The notes beneath the pieces are model-generated. The model was given only the letters and a program-made list of their open reading frames with translations, was not told the origin of the DNA and did no database searches. A stretch of DNA of 64,000 bases from an uncultured delta proteobacterium. Lineage in GTDB: Bacteria > Bdellovibrionota > FAC87 > UBA2466. Below, piece after piece: positions 54,501-62,419 of this stretch (positions are counted from its first letter, which is position 1; each line of letters begins with the position of its first letter). The stretch spans positions 384,001 to 448,000 of the forward strand of contig CAVZSV010000005.1 of NCBI GenBank assembly GCA_963778115.1, given 5' to 3'. Made by a program: the position numbers and the translations under genes.

Positions 54501-55271
54501 GCAACCAGTGACAAGATGTATGTCTTTGGCGGCAGAGACGGATCCGGCACGTACCATGATCTTTACTCCTATGATCCTTCGAATGGATCTTCTGGCGCAT
54601 GGACTCAACTCTCGCCTTCGGGACCCGCTCCTAGCGCGCGCTCCGGCCATACAGCGGTAATGATAGGTTCTACCATGTACGTCTTTGGCGGCTGGGATGG
54701 GACCACTAGTTTAAACGACCTTTACGCGTACGATACCGTGGGAAATACGTGGACGAATTTGACTAGCTCGGTCACGGGTAGTGCGCCCTCCGTACGAAAT
54801 GACCACACCGCCGTTGCGATAAACGGCTTGATGTATGTTTTCGGGGGGACGGATGGAACTAATGTATTCAACGATCTCTATGTTTACGATCCGAGCAGTG
54901 GGACTGCGGGAAGTTGGACCAGCCTCTCGCCGGCGGGGGTCTCTCTCATTCCTCGTTTTGGGCATGTCGCGGTTTCCTTATCCGTCAATTCAGGCTATCC
55001 CAAAATGTATGTTTTTGGAGGACAGACCGATAGCGATCACAGTGTGGATCTCGATAGTTTCACCACAGCGATTGTCTATGTCTATGACCCCAACGAGAAC
55101 ACGTGGACGGCAGAGTCAAGCGGCGGATTCTATTCTCCCACTGGCATAGGAATCTCTTCCCCTGCGGTGTGGGGGTATGGCTCGAATTTCAACGTATTTG
55201 GCGGTAATTTCAGTTATGGCTATAGCGCCCTTGGCATCAACGGTTGGCGTACTTACTCCCCATCGCAATAG
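39534..55271 (+). CDS. giant (5245 aa) surface lipoprotein/adhesin: ASH-like domain, 18 FN3, Ig-like stalk, ~5 kelch propellers
   Basis: lipobox IFAGC; repeated ISWNAVTNATSYNLYW...YYYKVSA (FN3); SGGxxPYTV/DTITVTD stalk repeats; MYVFGG...YDP...W kelch blades. Confidence 0.92.
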   Translation: MNAVRIAIYKLGLTLGLALIFAGCSPVSWKSAGSLSVSRTIAGVGGSSNALAAQLNSSSNFNYTISNNGQQNATALTASFSDSIQVESSNPTDAFEITGGTCNGMIPAQSNCSYIITFTPPSVGTFTANLTISFFDGNQTQTSIIPITATSYAPPPINVAATAGDGQNTLSWTPQTGATSYNIYFQTSAGVTTTASTKISGVTTPYIHQSLTDGTTYYYAITSVTDNFESSLSTEVSAMPAVGLAAPANVIATAGYGENTISWNAVTGASSYNLYWSTTAGVTTSSTKITGVTSPYAHLSLTNGTAYYYKVSAQDTGGEGPLSAEVSATPYAAAPTNIVATAGDGQVAVSWTAATGATSYNIYYSTNSNVTTGSTEIASATSGQAITGLTNGTLYYFAVTSVTGSIESGLSTIVSATPTTSLTAPVNVVATAGTSQNTISWNPVTNATSYNLYWSTTAGVTTSSTKITGVTSPYTQLSLTGGTPYYYKVSAQDAGGEGPLSSEVSATPNAAPPINVAAAAGDGQVTVTWTAAAGATAYNIYYSTSASVTTSSTKVASASSGQAITGLTNGTVYYFAVTSVTGSNESGISTIVNATPATSLTAPSNVVAIGGSAQNTISWNGVTNATSYNLYWSTTAGVTTSSTKISGVTSSYVQSSLSGGTAYYYKVSAQDAGGEGPLSSEVSATPFAPPPTNVVASGGDGQVTVTWTAATGATAYNLYYATNSSVTTSSTKVTGATSGVATTGLTNGTTYYFAVTSVTNGNESALSTIVNATPATSLAAPANVVATAGSAQNSISWNAVTNATSYNLYWSTTAGVTTSSTKISGVTSSYVQSSLSGGTAYYYKVSAQDAGGEGPLSSEVSATPFAPPPTNVAATAGDGQATITWTAATGATSYNIYYSTSASVTTSSTKVASATSGQAITGLTNGTVYYFAVTSVTSGTESALSTMVSATPATSLTAPVNVVATAGTSQNTISWNAVTNATSYNLYWSTTAGVTTSSTKITGVTSPYVHLSLTAGTPYYYKVSAQDAGGEGPLSSEVSATPNAPPPTNVAATAGDGQVTMSWTAATGATAYNIYYSTSASVTTSSTKVASATSGQAITGLTNGTTYYFAVTSVTGSNESAVSTIVNATPATGLSAPANVIATAASGQNSISWNAVTNATSYNLYWSTTAGVTTSSTKITGVTSPYGHLSLTNGTTYYYKVSAVDAGGEGPLSSEVSAMPFAPPPTNVAAAAGDGQVTVSWTAATGATSYNIYYSTSASVTTSSTKVASATSGQAVTGLTNGTVYYFAVTSVTSSTESGISSIVNATPVTSLSAPANVVATAGSAQNTISWNAVTNATSYNLYWSTTAGVTTSSTKITAVTSPYAHTSLNGGTAYYYKVSAQDAGGEGPLSSEVSATPYAPPPTNVVATGGDGQVTVSWTAAIGATSYNLYYATTSNVTTSSTKITGATSGGATTGLTNGTTYYFAVTSMTNGTESALSTIVNATPTTSLTAPASVIATAGSAQNTVSWNAVTNATSYNLYWSTTAGVTTSSTKISGVSSPYTPLSLTNGTTYYYKISAVDTGGEGPLSSEVSAMPFAAPPTNLVATATDGQVTLTWTAATGASSYNLYYSTSSTVTTSSTKVAGATSGQVVSSLTDNTLYYFAVTSVTNGTESALSSTVSATPEAVPSAPTLVATAGTGQNSLSWSAVTNATSYNLYWSTTAGVTTSSAKITGVTSPYVHSSLTTDTTYYYRLSAVDETGEGALSSEVSATPVGVLDHFTFAHPSSTTAGAATTLTVTANDAAGNTVTNFTGTVTLTSSDGSASLPSAYTFQSGDLGVHQFALTFNTTGSQTATATSGIVTLTSTNYAVESTIPLSVTVANMTTAPDQSDAYTIANGVPPYTVSTVAGGSISNPSGSGTFLADGSSSAVGITVTDSLSNTASLTITVNQPLTITLSQAPPNLPQPSSAPASTVWNGKMYLFSGSVNGLDSNLLFSYSPTLNVVRALSPSGTAPTVSNGSQFFLTTIGNLLYAFTYDGSSFHISTYDPTSGTDGAWTSLAPSGSAPNFDGTYPITEATVGSKMYLFGFYHSGSYTPGIKVFDPSNGAQGAWSSLSPSGSGPQTDTYLASTVGGNIYLYGNSQGGVYSYNPTSGASGAWTKLTPAGAPPPANLDKVTTIAAAGTAFYAYTQYDEIFAFDTSSGGTWTNLGTFEPGAYVALASQDVNGEIYFYGSGENAPWEFDAYSPGGTSGGSNVWVPETPSYQSTSSTLESGEQVTYTVSGGTGPYTVTKVSGYFVSQSTSSGIYGMPNVGDTLTVTDSLQNSYSVTLTPGTTLTLTGTFAVAYNAYGYFTASGGDGSFTMFTNSGNIMVGAQNGSGASLTQTFIDSTDNCIEANLSVEDGNSNYAYFNSQIDGLSIAANTSSLIQGLSTPYTLTNPCSEAVTVTADHGTVDQAGNYQAPSDYTGTVTLTAYGFFGNVVSTTLTVTADPAINVSLGDSHPDDGGSTTIDATGGDGIYTITAQNGTVVGTTYRAPASGGSDVITVTDSDGNQKTYDVTLNSNLSIAMASPTMLSGLQTAYTVANGTPPYSVSVSSGATVSNATGSGNIVADGSQSSVTLSVTDAASASSSFTVSVVAPLYLGITQPPANFGADYAASTTCDGKMFVFGGMTNNGLSNAITSYDPNGNAWRVLTPSGTAPTPREYATAGCLGNKVYVFGGFDGSTPLNQLYLFDPTAGSFGAWSSVTPAGSAPVSREYPASVVISGKMYVFGGENASGQYLNDLYVYDPATGASGTWTALTPTGNAPSVRIKAIVGVISGKMVVQGGDTTGNTPVSDFYAYDPTNGSNGAWSSLSPSGTAPSGEGTATVINNKLYVLQTSADPNQMFIYDPSSGATGAWMSGGTFESGNPRYGAVSQTFNNEVFFFGGGAAFSSELSEFDPNGNDFFVQTPVFIYTNPTLESNQSIAYEILGGTSPYTVTGHTDNASGSGNFTMPASGLGELDVTDSSGQAFSIDFSNAQTLAVTMGTTQPYQGSTTTYTISGGVGPFSVSTQYGSVDNASGSGNYTAPITLEQDTLTVSDSDGYIATVPINNRAYPAISINISQTGLNINQTEEFTVTGGSGSFDVQAQYGSITLAGGNTFYYAAPSYATSDEITVTDNVSQVQAEQGITVENLSLSVAPGTELDVSELATITVSGGNGQYTYQATRGMIDQSGNYQAPSSSGSDLITVTDSLGVSFSEGITVDAALSLPPTMTVDSGASSAVATSGSDGSYTYSATYGSFTGDIYTAPGGIGNPSNDTITVTDGNGVTTTITVTLNSDLSATVANSTLAVGQITSYSVSGGTSPYQISAALGSVSNATDNGNYNAVTTGSDTLMISDSGGGSISLPLTIYSDPTVSAPAYIAEGATITATISCPSGSCSSSDTLGGTFSNDGTYTAPMSTGTDTLTLTDDVTNAQGTTTITVVSPVAVSFASAGTAEGSLVSYSVSGGSGSYSVSVDLGAVSNASGSGTYTASGGSGTATLTAVDTASSFSQTATIAVGPPIYIGTASVPSSFNFATSSPSAVIGSMLYVFGGYVGGGTQNYLWSYDQTQNLWTAIDAVNLPSTANTGAMVMAASGSEIYLCGSWTCWSYDPATNVVTSLSGPTSTPQSMFTIGGKLYLTGLYGSAHLGVFVYDPSQGSEASWSQLAPSGQTPGEYPDTTTALISGKIYVQSISNTSLYMYDPSNGSNGSWTTLTPSGTVFTNSPVASAVMNGKWYVVSSNQELFQYDPAAGDCGAWSEVTALNFAYDSMALMNSKLYLLASTPSHLDYFDGTNFTTVTGSTFIGGGNLTIEANQQIPYTIYGGTRPFAVTAANGSVDNPSGSGNYTMPASGGDTLTVTDGIGLVYNITMSSGQTLTISVPATTVASNGSLDYTVTGGYEPSVSAECGTVSNPSGSGTYTPSACTSDVITVTDGNDYSVTADITITYPALTLTIGSESLYVDQATILTVSGGSGDYSLSASYGTILGSTYTAPGSAVSDLITVTDNVTEASTSSLITVSDFPAISVSLGSSTVTPSGSTSVSVTGGSGNFTLSASLGSVSGGTYYAPSYETSDTVTATDTLTGLTGSASVTVAYSPLSITLGAAAVSPGGTTSVSASGGSGSYLFSASQGYVTGSTYTAPGSPTNDTITVTDTVTGDTASAGIAVDSNPTLSPSLTSLEVGQTTALNTFGGTGPMTCYADSVELSSCNFTPSSGQTGSIVVSATDVYGFSGGATVYVYPVISYSIGMTTIDDSGTTSFSIGGSDGSETAVAQYGSINSGVYTAPASGTSDTITITDDLGGETQITITLSNVVLSFASTSVAVSETTTYTVSGGVPPYSISSVSGSLSNATGSGTYTARTQGMDTITCTDSGGGFTQVEVLSSLPGLSGLPSYVAAGASATATVSCSGQNCSATSANGGTTSIAGYVYNGSYGYYTATLTYTAPSSLGVDTITLTDNDLAMQTTATTTVLAPLQVGFGAASVAENGTISYTVGGGSGSYSLSCSNCTLSNSAGSGTLTAGSEPGVATVSLTDEVSSLTQSAQITVSGSIIVLMYPEAVAPGETSAYYIQTDTSGGLTVSVDNGSLNNSTGNGTYTAPDSSTIATITVTDAQGNTGTATVSVNTPGTWQTADTIPSLFSASGQTYATTISGTPYVFTGDDSVLYTFNPSTEAVLQLSPSGSSPTDTFYTAFLTVGSVGYLVNTSFGVWTYDPSQGTGGTWTHLAPTGAPTGSSYLYNLPTAAVLNDKIYVFGGDSVGSGSPQNELYVYDPNGGGDGTWTLLSPAGTAPSGTSNANLMTINDKLYLYLSDYQEIFIYDPTTGAQGTWTEVSASGSLPAARAGEAVGAIGDVVYVFGGWNVGSGYPDTDSWSFDTGTNTWAQLSPSGIHPPSQSYGHPWNCSITVGSVAYFFLQNYIVSYDSSSGGDGSWGPTPPATIGSTAATIGTVTYVFGGSLSTYDNQLYAYDNSQSAWSLLSPSGTAPAGRIGHSAAATSDKMYVFGGRDGSGTYHDLYSYDPSNGSSGAWTQLSPSGPAPSARSGHTAVMIGSTMYVFGGWDGTTSLNDLYAYDTVGNTWTNLTSSVTGSAPSVRNDHTAVAINGLMYVFGGTDGTNVFNDLYVYDPSSGTAGSWTSLSPAGVSLIPRFGHVAVSLSVNSGYPKMYVFGGQTDSDHSVDLDSFTTAIVYVYDPNENTWTAESSGGFYSPTGIGISSPAVWGYGSNFNVFGGNFSYGYSALGINGWRTYSPSQ

Positions 55272-55469
55272 ACGATTGCGAAGCATGAAAAAGGTATCCG
55301 TTACTTCTGGTCCTGGTCCGTTACTTCTGGTCGAAGCACGAGTGACGTTGCCGCTAGCAACCGGATGTAGCGCCTCCGCAATAGCGGCGGCAAAATGAAC
55401 CACCCAGGTAAAGCAATGAACCATACCTCAATTGGCTGTTAAGGTAGTCACTGGCATTAACGTATTAAA

Positions 55470-56462
55470 TCACCCTTTTCCTTGGCACAAATCCATCCCA
55501 TGGGCCGCTTTGATCCGTTGCAAGAACATGGTGGGATTGGGGCGGAAGGTCTCGGGAAACCATTTTTTGGAAATGGCTTTTTCCAAAAGGGCTAGTGACT
55601 CTGGTCCCTTTAGGTACTGAATCTCCATAAGCGCCGATCGCATCACCATGGGGTCTTTATCAGATCCTGAGAGCACTTCTTCTAAGAGATTGTATCGATT
55701 CTTGGGGCAACTCAGATGAAGCGTATGAAGGGCTGCCATCTGTTCTTCTCTTGATTCACCGCTTGCGAGTCTCCTAGTTTTTGGGGAAAGGGCCGAAGCC
55801 ACCAATTTATTGAGTCTAGGATCTTGAGGGGAGACTGCGGCGACGGCTGTCAGCGCACGTGCAACCACGGCCGGATTTTCGGTGGAAGAGGCGAGTCTAA
55901 AGGTCTCGTCTAAGTAACCCATCTTTTCTGAGGCAGGCAGATTTCTGTCTCGAGATAAGATAGACAAAGCTTCTATTTTTTCCTCGGGGGTCGCCGGAGG
56001 AACTTGTCTTGTCAAAACCCCAACGAGAATGGGTTTACGTTCTTTCGTCATGCGGTACCCCAGGGATTGGACCGCTATGGCTCGAACCGTGGGATCGGGA
56101 TCGATGACAAGCTTTGCCAACTTTTCTGTCGAAGAAGGATCCAGGTAAAAGCCTAAAGCCCTCGCCGTGTCTTTTCGAACTTCAGAACTGGTACTACCCA
56201 CTCGTTCGTAAGTTCGTTTCTTGGCCGCGTCATCGCCTCTTTCGGAGAGCCGAATCAATGCTCCCGAAAGCTCGGTTTCGGTAGCATGCGAATTAGCGAG
56301 AATTTTTCTATCCCTTTCCAATTGCTGTGCCTGCATCGACGGGGCTTTTGAAGGCTTTCGAATTTTTTTGACTACCAGAGTCGCAGCCCCTGCCACAACT
56401 AGAGCGATTAAAAGTAGTGAAGCCCATTGCATTATTCGAGGCTTCGCGGTGATCGAGGCCAT
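55470..56462 (-). CDS. membrane-anchored HEAT-repeat protein
   Basis: N-terminal TM; EVRKDTARALG, DPDPTVRAIAVQSLG. Confidence 0.75.
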   Translation of the reverse strand: MASITAKPRIMQWASLLLIALVVAGAATLVVKKIRKPSKAPSMQAQQLERDRKILANSHATETELSGALIRLSERGDDAAKKRTYERVGSTSSEVRKDTARALGFYLDPSSTEKLAKLVIDPDPTVRAIAVQSLGYRMTKERKPILVGVLTRQVPPATPEEKIEALSILSRDRNLPASEKMGYLDETFRLASSTENPAVVARALTAVAAVSPQDPRLNKLVASALSPKTRRLASGESREEQMAALHTLHLSCPKNRYNLLEEVLSGSDKDPMVMRSALMEIQYLKGPESLALLEKAISKKWFPETFRPNPTMFLQRIKAAHGMDLCQGKG

Positions 56463-56567
56463 AATGTCTCCTGGTAACCGTTATCTGAGTTAGTTTCGGA
56501 AACCCATGGAATTTACTTAATATACCGCTTCATTAAGAAACTCTCACATTATGGCGAAAAGCGTAAA

Positions 56568-57308
56568 GTGAGATCTCTCCTGGCCATCGTCCTATTGATT
56601 GCTTGCTTAGGGTACCAGGTTTACGCCATCGAGGTCCTCTCTATTGATGAAAGCGACGACACCATCGCCGTTTCAAATTCAGAACCCAAGAAATTGAAAA
56701 AGGGTGATGATATCTGTGTTGTTTATGAAACTAAGATGCTTTGCGGCACCGTGGTCCGGGCGGATTTTAAACTAGCTCATGTGAAATTATCAGACGATAG
56801 CAAAGTGGAAAGGGTAAAGATTCTCTCAGGTCCGCAGGCTAGGGCACATATGGCTCCGCCGCGTGAGACCTATGATTTTAGTGCAGGCGTTCAGACCGGT
56901 TTTAGCTTTTTCATGCCGACCCTCGATTTTCAGTACTTTTTAAAGGACCACTGGGCGGGCGGCCTTAAAGCGATGCTTCTTACTAGTTCTGATGGCCCCA
57001 TGTCGATGAGTGCGGATGGAATTTTGATAAGTGCGAACTACTATTTTGAGTCCGGGTTTCGAGGACTTTTTTTTCAGGGAGCTACAGGAGCGATGTTTAG
57101 CACAGTAACTTCGCCTAGCGCTCATGACGCTTTCACTTCGCTCGTGCTGCAGGGCTCGGTAGGTTATCGACTGCAGCCCATTCGCCATTTGAATCTCGCA
57201 GGCTCGTTGGGTTTGCAAGTCATCACTTCCGGTAGCTCCTCCATCGCTACGTTTAATTATACGGGCTTTCGCCCGGTGTTTGCTTTTTTGGCGGGGTATA
57301 GTTTTTAG
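56568..57308 (+). CDS. secreted protein with C-terminal outer-membrane beta-barrel
   Basis: signal peptide; amphipathic strands ending LAGYSF. Confidence 0.65.
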   Translation: MRSLLAIVLLIACLGYQVYAIEVLSIDESDDTIAVSNSEPKKLKKGDDICVVYETKMLCGTVVRADFKLAHVKLSDDSKVERVKILSGPQARAHMAPPRETYDFSAGVQTGFSFFMPTLDFQYFLKDHWAGGLKAMLLTSSDGPMSMSADGILISANYYFESGFRGLFFQGATGAMFSTVTSPSAHDAFTSLVLQGSVGYRLQPIRHLNLAGSLGLQVITSGSSSIATFNYTGFRPVFAFLAGYSF

Positions 57309-57371
57309 GGGAGGATTAATTTTAGGATTATTCTTGAGATTAATCCTTAACATTCATGCTAAAACCCTCCC

Positions 57372-58661
57372 ATGCACTCCTTGGTCACTAGGCAGCTACA
57401 AAAAGCCATCGGCCCTGACTTCGCCCAAAAAAGGTATGTCATTGCGGTCTCCGGTGGGGTCGACTCCATGGTCTTGTGGAGTGTTATTAGAACCTTATTA
57501 CCCTGTGATCACTTCGTCGTTGCTCATTACAACCATCGCATCCGCGGCAAAGCTTCCGATCAAGATGCGAAGTTCGTAGGAGATCGGGCTAATCGGTACA
57601 AAAATCTTTCCGCCATTGGTCGGGGGAAGGTGGCTCGTCATCACAAGTCCGAAGAAAAGCTTCGAAACGAGCGGCTGAAGTTTCTTAAAGATACGGCAAC
57701 GCTTTTCGAATGCGATTTTATTTTGACCGCTCACCATTTAGATGATCAGTGGGAAACTATCTTAATGAGACTCATTCGCGGCACCGGCATTACGGGACTA
57801 AAAGGTATCGAACTTCGGCGCGGCCCCTGGGTAAGGCCTCTACTAGAGTCCACACGCGACGATATTTCGCTTTTTGCAAAGACAAACCGCATTAGCTTTT
57901 GCGTGGACAAGACAAACCAAGATACCAAGTATTTTAGAAACGAAATCCGCCACCGGATACTTCCCCCGCTTTACCAAGCAGCAGAGCAGTACGGAGGGAA
58001 AAAGGCGTTTCTCAAGCGGGTATCACTATTAAGCCAGGAAATTTCGGAAGCTTCCGCATCGTTAGAGAGAAGGGCAAGAATATCTTTTTCAAAGGGGGTG
58101 GTAACTACGCCGCTTTGGACAAGGCTAAAGACTCGGCCCTTTTTGAAACTATCGAAGGATACTCAAAGAAGAGTAGTCCGAATGGTCTTGTCGCAAATGA
58201 AGATTGCTACCCTTTCCCGCGCAAAGACTAACGAAGTCTGCCAAAAGCTTTCTGAGGGGAAACGCTTTGAAGTGCCGGGCTCTTTGCAAGTCACCCTTTC
58301 GTGCGGCTATGCGTTTTTTCAAAAGCCTCATCAGAGAACAGAAATGCTAGAGGATCTGTCTTTGGTACGAACTAAATTATCGTGCCCTTCGCTAGGAATT
58401 TCTGCAAAACTCTCCCCCGAATTAGCTCGTCGCGTCACGCCGCGTTTCTTTTCGCCGGGAGATAAACAGGGATCCACTAAATTAAAGCGGCTGTTTCTAG
58501 AAAACCGAATTCCCCTTCCGGAAAGAAAAGTTTTGCCGCTTTTAGTCGATAAGAGGACAGGGGAGGCGGTTTGGTTTTACCCCCAGCAAAGCCCTGATAT
58601 TACCGTGGAAAGAGTGACCTTTCCTTTTAGCTTTCTGACTCAAAAATCTGCTCCTCGCTAA
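57372..58661 (+). CDS. tilS: tRNA(Ile)-lysidine synthetase
   Basis: AVSGGVDSM, HYNHRIR, TAHHLDDQWET..MRLIRGTG, RPLL, RNEIRH. Confidence 0.95.
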   Translation: MHSLVTRQLQKAIGPDFAQKRYVIAVSGGVDSMVLWSVIRTLLPCDHFVVAHYNHRIRGKASDQDAKFVGDRANRYKNLSAIGRGKVARHHKSEEKLRNERLKFLKDTATLFECDFILTAHHLDDQWETILMRLIRGTGITGLKGIELRRGPWVRPLLESTRDDISLFAKTNRISFCVDKTNQDTKYFRNEIRHRILPPLYQAAEQYGGKKAFLKRVSLLSQEISEASASLERRARISFSKGVVTTPLWTRLKTRPFLKLSKDTQRRVVRMVLSQMKIATLSRAKTNEVCQKLSEGKRFEVPGSLQVTLSCGYAFFQKPHQRTEMLEDLSLVRTKLSCPSLGISAKLSPELARRVTPRFFSPGDKQGSTKLKRLFLENRIPLPERKVLPLLVDKRTGEAVWFYPQQSPDITVERVTFPFSFLTQKSAPR

Positions 58662-58755
58662 AGTCCGTTAGCCCATAAAAATCTCAAACGAAATCGTAAT
58701 GGAGCTTGGAACTTTTGCCGATAGAGGAGTGAGGCCTTAACTCCCATACATTCAT

Positions 58756-60660
58756 ATGAAATCATCTCAAAAAACGATTCTAGCTTGGCTAATCCTGGTG
58801 GTTGCAACGGTACTCTTGTTCCAAACGGCAAGAGTCAATCACACGGAAAAACATCTAACCTTCAGCGAGTTCCTACAGGCCGTCGAAGCAGACCACGTAG
58901 AAAAGGTCATGCTTAAGGAGCACGGAAGGTACGACGGAAAATTTAAGAGTGACTACCAGGGTGGTCAAAGTTTTATCACTCAAGGGGAACGCTCAGACCT
59001 GTACCTAAAAATTTTCAACGATCACCATCTGCCTTACGATTACGAAAAAGACGAAGACAATGCCTGGATGCCCTTTATCATCAACTGGATTCCAGTCATT
59101 TTCATCTCGTTCTTGGTTCTTTTCTTCTTGCGCCAAATCCAGGTCAGCGGCGGCAAAGCAATGGCTTTCGGCCGATCACGAGCGAAGCTTTTGACCGAAG
59201 GCCATACGAAAATTAATTTTCATGATGTCGCCGGCTGTGACGAAGCCAAAGAGGAGCTCAAAGAGATCGTCGAATTCTTGCGCGATCCCAAAAAGTTTAC
59301 GCGATTAGGCGGACGCATTCCCAAAGGAGTGCTTCTGGTAGGATCTCCGGGAACCGGAAAGACGCTACTGGCCAAGGCCGTCGCCGGGGAAGCCGTGGTT
59401 CCTTTCTTCTCCATTAGCGGCAGTGATTTTGTGGAAATGTTTGTGGGGGTGGGAGCTTCGCGAGTTAGAGACCTGTTTGAGCAGGGAAAGAAACATGCTC
59501 CTTGCATCATTTTTATCGACGAGATAGACGCTGTCGGCCGCCATCGTGGTGCTGGTCTAGGCGGCGGCCACGACGAGCGCGAACAGACGCTTAACCAGTT
59601 ATTGGTTGAGATGGATGGTTTTGATTCCAAAGAGGGTGTCATCTTGGTCGCCGCGACCAACCGCCCTGACGTATTGGACCCGGCATTACTCCGGCCCGGC
59701 CGCTTCGATCGAACGGTTGTCGTGAGCAAGCCCGACGTGCGAGGCCGCGAAGGAATTTTAAAAGTTCACGTGCGTAAAACGCCTTTGGCCAAAGACGTGA
59801 ATCTAGCGGTTATCGCGCGCGGAACCCCTGGGTTTTCGGGAGCCGATCTGCAAAACTTAGTCAACGAAGCGGCGCTACTCGCGGCACGCGGAAACAAAAA
59901 CGTGCTCAGCATGAAAGAGTTTGAATTAGCAAAAGACAAAGTGCTTATGGGAACCGAGCGCAAATCGATGCTCATCGGGCCCGAAGAGAAAAGGGCAGTG
60001 GCCTACCACGAAGCCGGTCATACGATCGTGGGGATGTCCATTCCGGGTCTTGACCCGGTTCACAAAGTTACCATTATTCCCCGAGGTATGGCGCTGGGAC
60101 TTACCCAGACCCTTCCGCTGGAAGATCAGCTGAATTTATCCAAAGAAAAGGCTGAGAACATGATCTCCTTTTTGATGGGGGGCTGTTTGGCGGAGTCGAT
60201 TGTGCTGGGACAGCAGACCACCGGAGCCAGTAACGACATCGAGCGCGCTTCGGATTTGGCTCGTCGCATGGTCTGTGAATGGGGAATGAGCGACGCCATT
60301 GGTCCTGTCGCCATCGGCAAGAAGGAGCAGGATATCTTCTTAGGGAGAGAGATCCACCAAAACTCAACGGTCAGTCAAAAGACCGCGGAGCTTGTGGATA
60401 GCGAAATCCGCAGAATCATCACCACTCACTACAATCGAGCAAAGGACATCCTCGAAAAGAAAGTGGATACCTTACACCGAATGGCCGCCGCCTTACTCGA
60501 ACGCGAAAGCCTGGATAAAGATGAGATCGATCTCGTCATGGCGGGAAAAGCATTACCGCCGTTCCAAGCTCCCACGGCTCCCCCTAGTGGCAATAGTCCC
60601 GAAAATAAAGTCAGCGAAATCGCCATGGGATTGACCAAGCCCAAGACCGAAGTGGCTTAA
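58756..60660 (+). CDS. ftsH: ATP-dependent zinc metalloprotease FtsH
   Basis: two TMs, [17 protein letters not shown] motif, HEAGH. Confidence 0.98.
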   Translation: MKSSQKTILAWLILVVATVLLFQTARVNHTEKHLTFSEFLQAVEADHVEKVMLKEHGRYDGKFKSDYQGGQSFITQGERSDLYLKIFNDHHLPYDYEKDEDNAWMPFIINWIPVIFISFLVLFFLRQIQVSGGKAMAFGRSRAKLLTEGHTKINFHDVAGCDEAKEELKEIVEFLRDPKKFTRLGGRIPKGVLLVGSPGTGKTLLAKAVAGEAVVPFFSISGSDFVEMFVGVGASRVRDLFEQGKKHAPCIIFIDEIDAVGRHRGAGLGGGHDEREQTLNQLLVEMDGFDSKEGVILVAATNRPDVLDPALLRPGRFDRTVVVSKPDVRGREGILKVHVRKTPLAKDVNLAVIARGTPGFSGADLQNLVNEAALLAARGNKNVLSMKEFELAKDKVLMGTERKSMLIGPEEKRAVAYHEAGHTIVGMSIPGLDPVHKVTIIPRGMALGLTQTLPLEDQLNLSKEKAENMISFLMGGCLAESIVLGQQTTGASNDIERASDLARRMVCEWGMSDAIGPVAIGKKEQDIFLGREIHQNSTVSQKTAELVDSEIRRIITTHYNRAKDILEKKVDTLHRMAAALLERESLDKDEIDLVMAGKALPPFQAPTAPPSGNSPENKVSEIAMGLTKPKTEVA

Positions 60661-60879
60661 CGCATTTTTTTTTCGCCCCTTCTTTTTGGCAGGCCATGCA
60701 ATGACGCGCCGCAACCTATCTTTCTCGGCACAGCGTAATTCCCTACCCACTTGAACAAATCTCTTTTATACCCTCAAAACTATTCAACTTTATGTGGTAA
60801 ATTGACGAAGAGTATTCGGGAGACCAGCTATATAGGGCTACTCCTAATATGAGGCGTTACTACTAAGGTACCTACGAAC

Positions 60880-61719
60880 ATGGTCGAGTTTTTAGCAAAT
60901 GTCCGGGAGATAGTCCGCTGGCAGGACCTAGTCGATATCCTGCTTGTGTGCATTATCGTCTACCGTGTGCTGCTGCTCATCCGAGGTACGCGAGCGGTGC
61001 AGATGCTGACCGGCTTTGGCATCATCTTAATCTTTTATTATCTGGCCGAGCGTTTAAAGTTTCACACGCTGCACACGATCTTGGTCGAGTTCTTTAACAA
61101 CCTCATTTTGATTTTGATTATCGTTTTCCAAGATGAAATCCGAAAGGCACTCACCCAAGTCGGGCGCAACCCCTTCTTCACTACGACCAACACGATCGAA
61201 GAGGTCGCCATCATCGAAGACATTTGCCAAGCCGCCGCCACTCTGGCGCAACAGCGAGTGGGAGCTTTAATCGTTTTGGAAAGAGAGACAGGGCTTAAGA
61301 ACTATATCGAAGCGGGAACCATCTTAGATTCGAAAGTAAGTGCTGATCTCATTGTCAGTATTTTTCATCCGACATCTCCCATTCACGATGGGGCCGTCAT
61401 TATTCGAAATTCACGCATCTCCTCGGCCGGGTGCCTCTTACCCATTTCCAGAGACCCTTCTATCAACAAAGAACTAGGAACCCGGCATCGCGCGGCCCTG
61501 GGGCTCACGCATGAAACCGATGCGGTCGTCATTGTTGTTTCCGAAGAAAGAGGGGAGATTTCTTTGGTGCATCACGGTACGATGGCCCGGGATCTTAACG
61601 TGAACAGTCTTAGACAGCAGCTTCTTGAGCTTTTGGGCCTTCGCAAATATGAAGCCAAGTATCAAGAGAAAGTTTGGGAAAAGCGCGCTCATGGAGATCA
61701 CATGAGGGATAGGTCATGA
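60880..61719 (+). CDS. cdaA: diadenylate cyclase CdaA
   Basis: three TMs, HDGA and GTRHRAA motifs. Confidence 0.95.
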   Translation: MVEFLANVREIVRWQDLVDILLVCIIVYRVLLLIRGTRAVQMLTGFGIILIFYYLAERLKFHTLHTILVEFFNNLILILIIVFQDEIRKALTQVGRNPFFTTTNTIEEVAIIEDICQAAATLAQQRVGALIVLERETGLKNYIEAGTILDSKVSADLIVSIFHPTSPIHDGAVIIRNSRISSAGCLLPISRDPSINKELGTRHRAALGLTHETDAVVIVVSEERGEISLVHHGTMARDLNVNSLRQQLLELLGLRKYEAKYQEKVWEKRAHGDHMRDRS

Positions 61720-62363
61720 ATTTTAGCGAGAGCTTGGCACTTAAGGCCGTAAGCTTGCTGCTCGCTTTGATCCTTTGGATCACTATCTTAGGGTTCAAAC
61801 GGGAAGAGGTTCGAAAGCAAGTAAAGCTTGAACCGCTTTTGCCCCCAGGGATGGTGCTCGTGAATAAGATTCCGGGCTACATTACCTTCACGCTTTCCGG
61901 ACCCCGTGTGCTATTAAAAGACGTCGAAAAGAAGCTCCCCACGATTCGACCCGATTTACGACGCAGCCGCGAAACGACCATTGGGTTTTCCGTCAGCGAG
62001 GATCTGATTGGCGAGCTTCCCAACGGAGTTAAAGTCACCTCCTTCTATCCGCCCAGCATCTTGATCCGGTTAGAAGAGGTAGTGGAGCGCTATGTGCCGG
62101 TGAAACCCACCCTTAACGGATCGCCCGCGGACGGCTATGAAATAGGGATAACCAGGGTCACTCCAGCCAAAGTCGCGGTTTCCGGTCCCAAATCTTTAGT
62201 TCAAGCGTTAGAATCAGTAGGTACCGAGGTTTTTGATGTTCATGATTTAAAGGGGGCTAAGGACGGAGAGGTCGCCGTGGAAGTAGACGGAAACCAAGGC
62301 TTTCAGCTCTCCCGAGACAAAGTGGTGCATGTCCATGTTACCACCAAGAAGGTCCACCCTTAG
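61716..62363 (+). CDS. cdaR: CdaR/YbbR family protein
   Basis: [12 protein letters not shown] then YbbR-like repeats; sits between cdaA and glmM. Confidence 0.88.
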   Translation: MNFSESLALKAVSLLLALILWITILGFKREEVRKQVKLEPLLPPGMVLVNKIPGYITFTLSGPRVLLKDVEKKLPTIRPDLRRSRETTIGFSVSEDLIGELPNGVKVTSFYPPSILIRLEEVVERYVPVKPTLNGSPADGYEIGITRVTPAKVAVSGPKSLVQALESVGTEVFDVHDLKGAKDGEVAVEVDGNQGFQLSRDKVVHVHVTTKKVHP

Positions 62364-62419
62364 CGAAGGGAAAGGCGACAGCAGATGAGTCGCTGGGCGA
62401 AAGGCATCACGGAGGACGA

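Noticed and set aside
60175..60200. FtsH GGR changed to GGC near the third zinc ligand
   Set aside because: Single substitution (cgt to tgt) with HEAGH and the Glu intact; may be a polymorphism or read error
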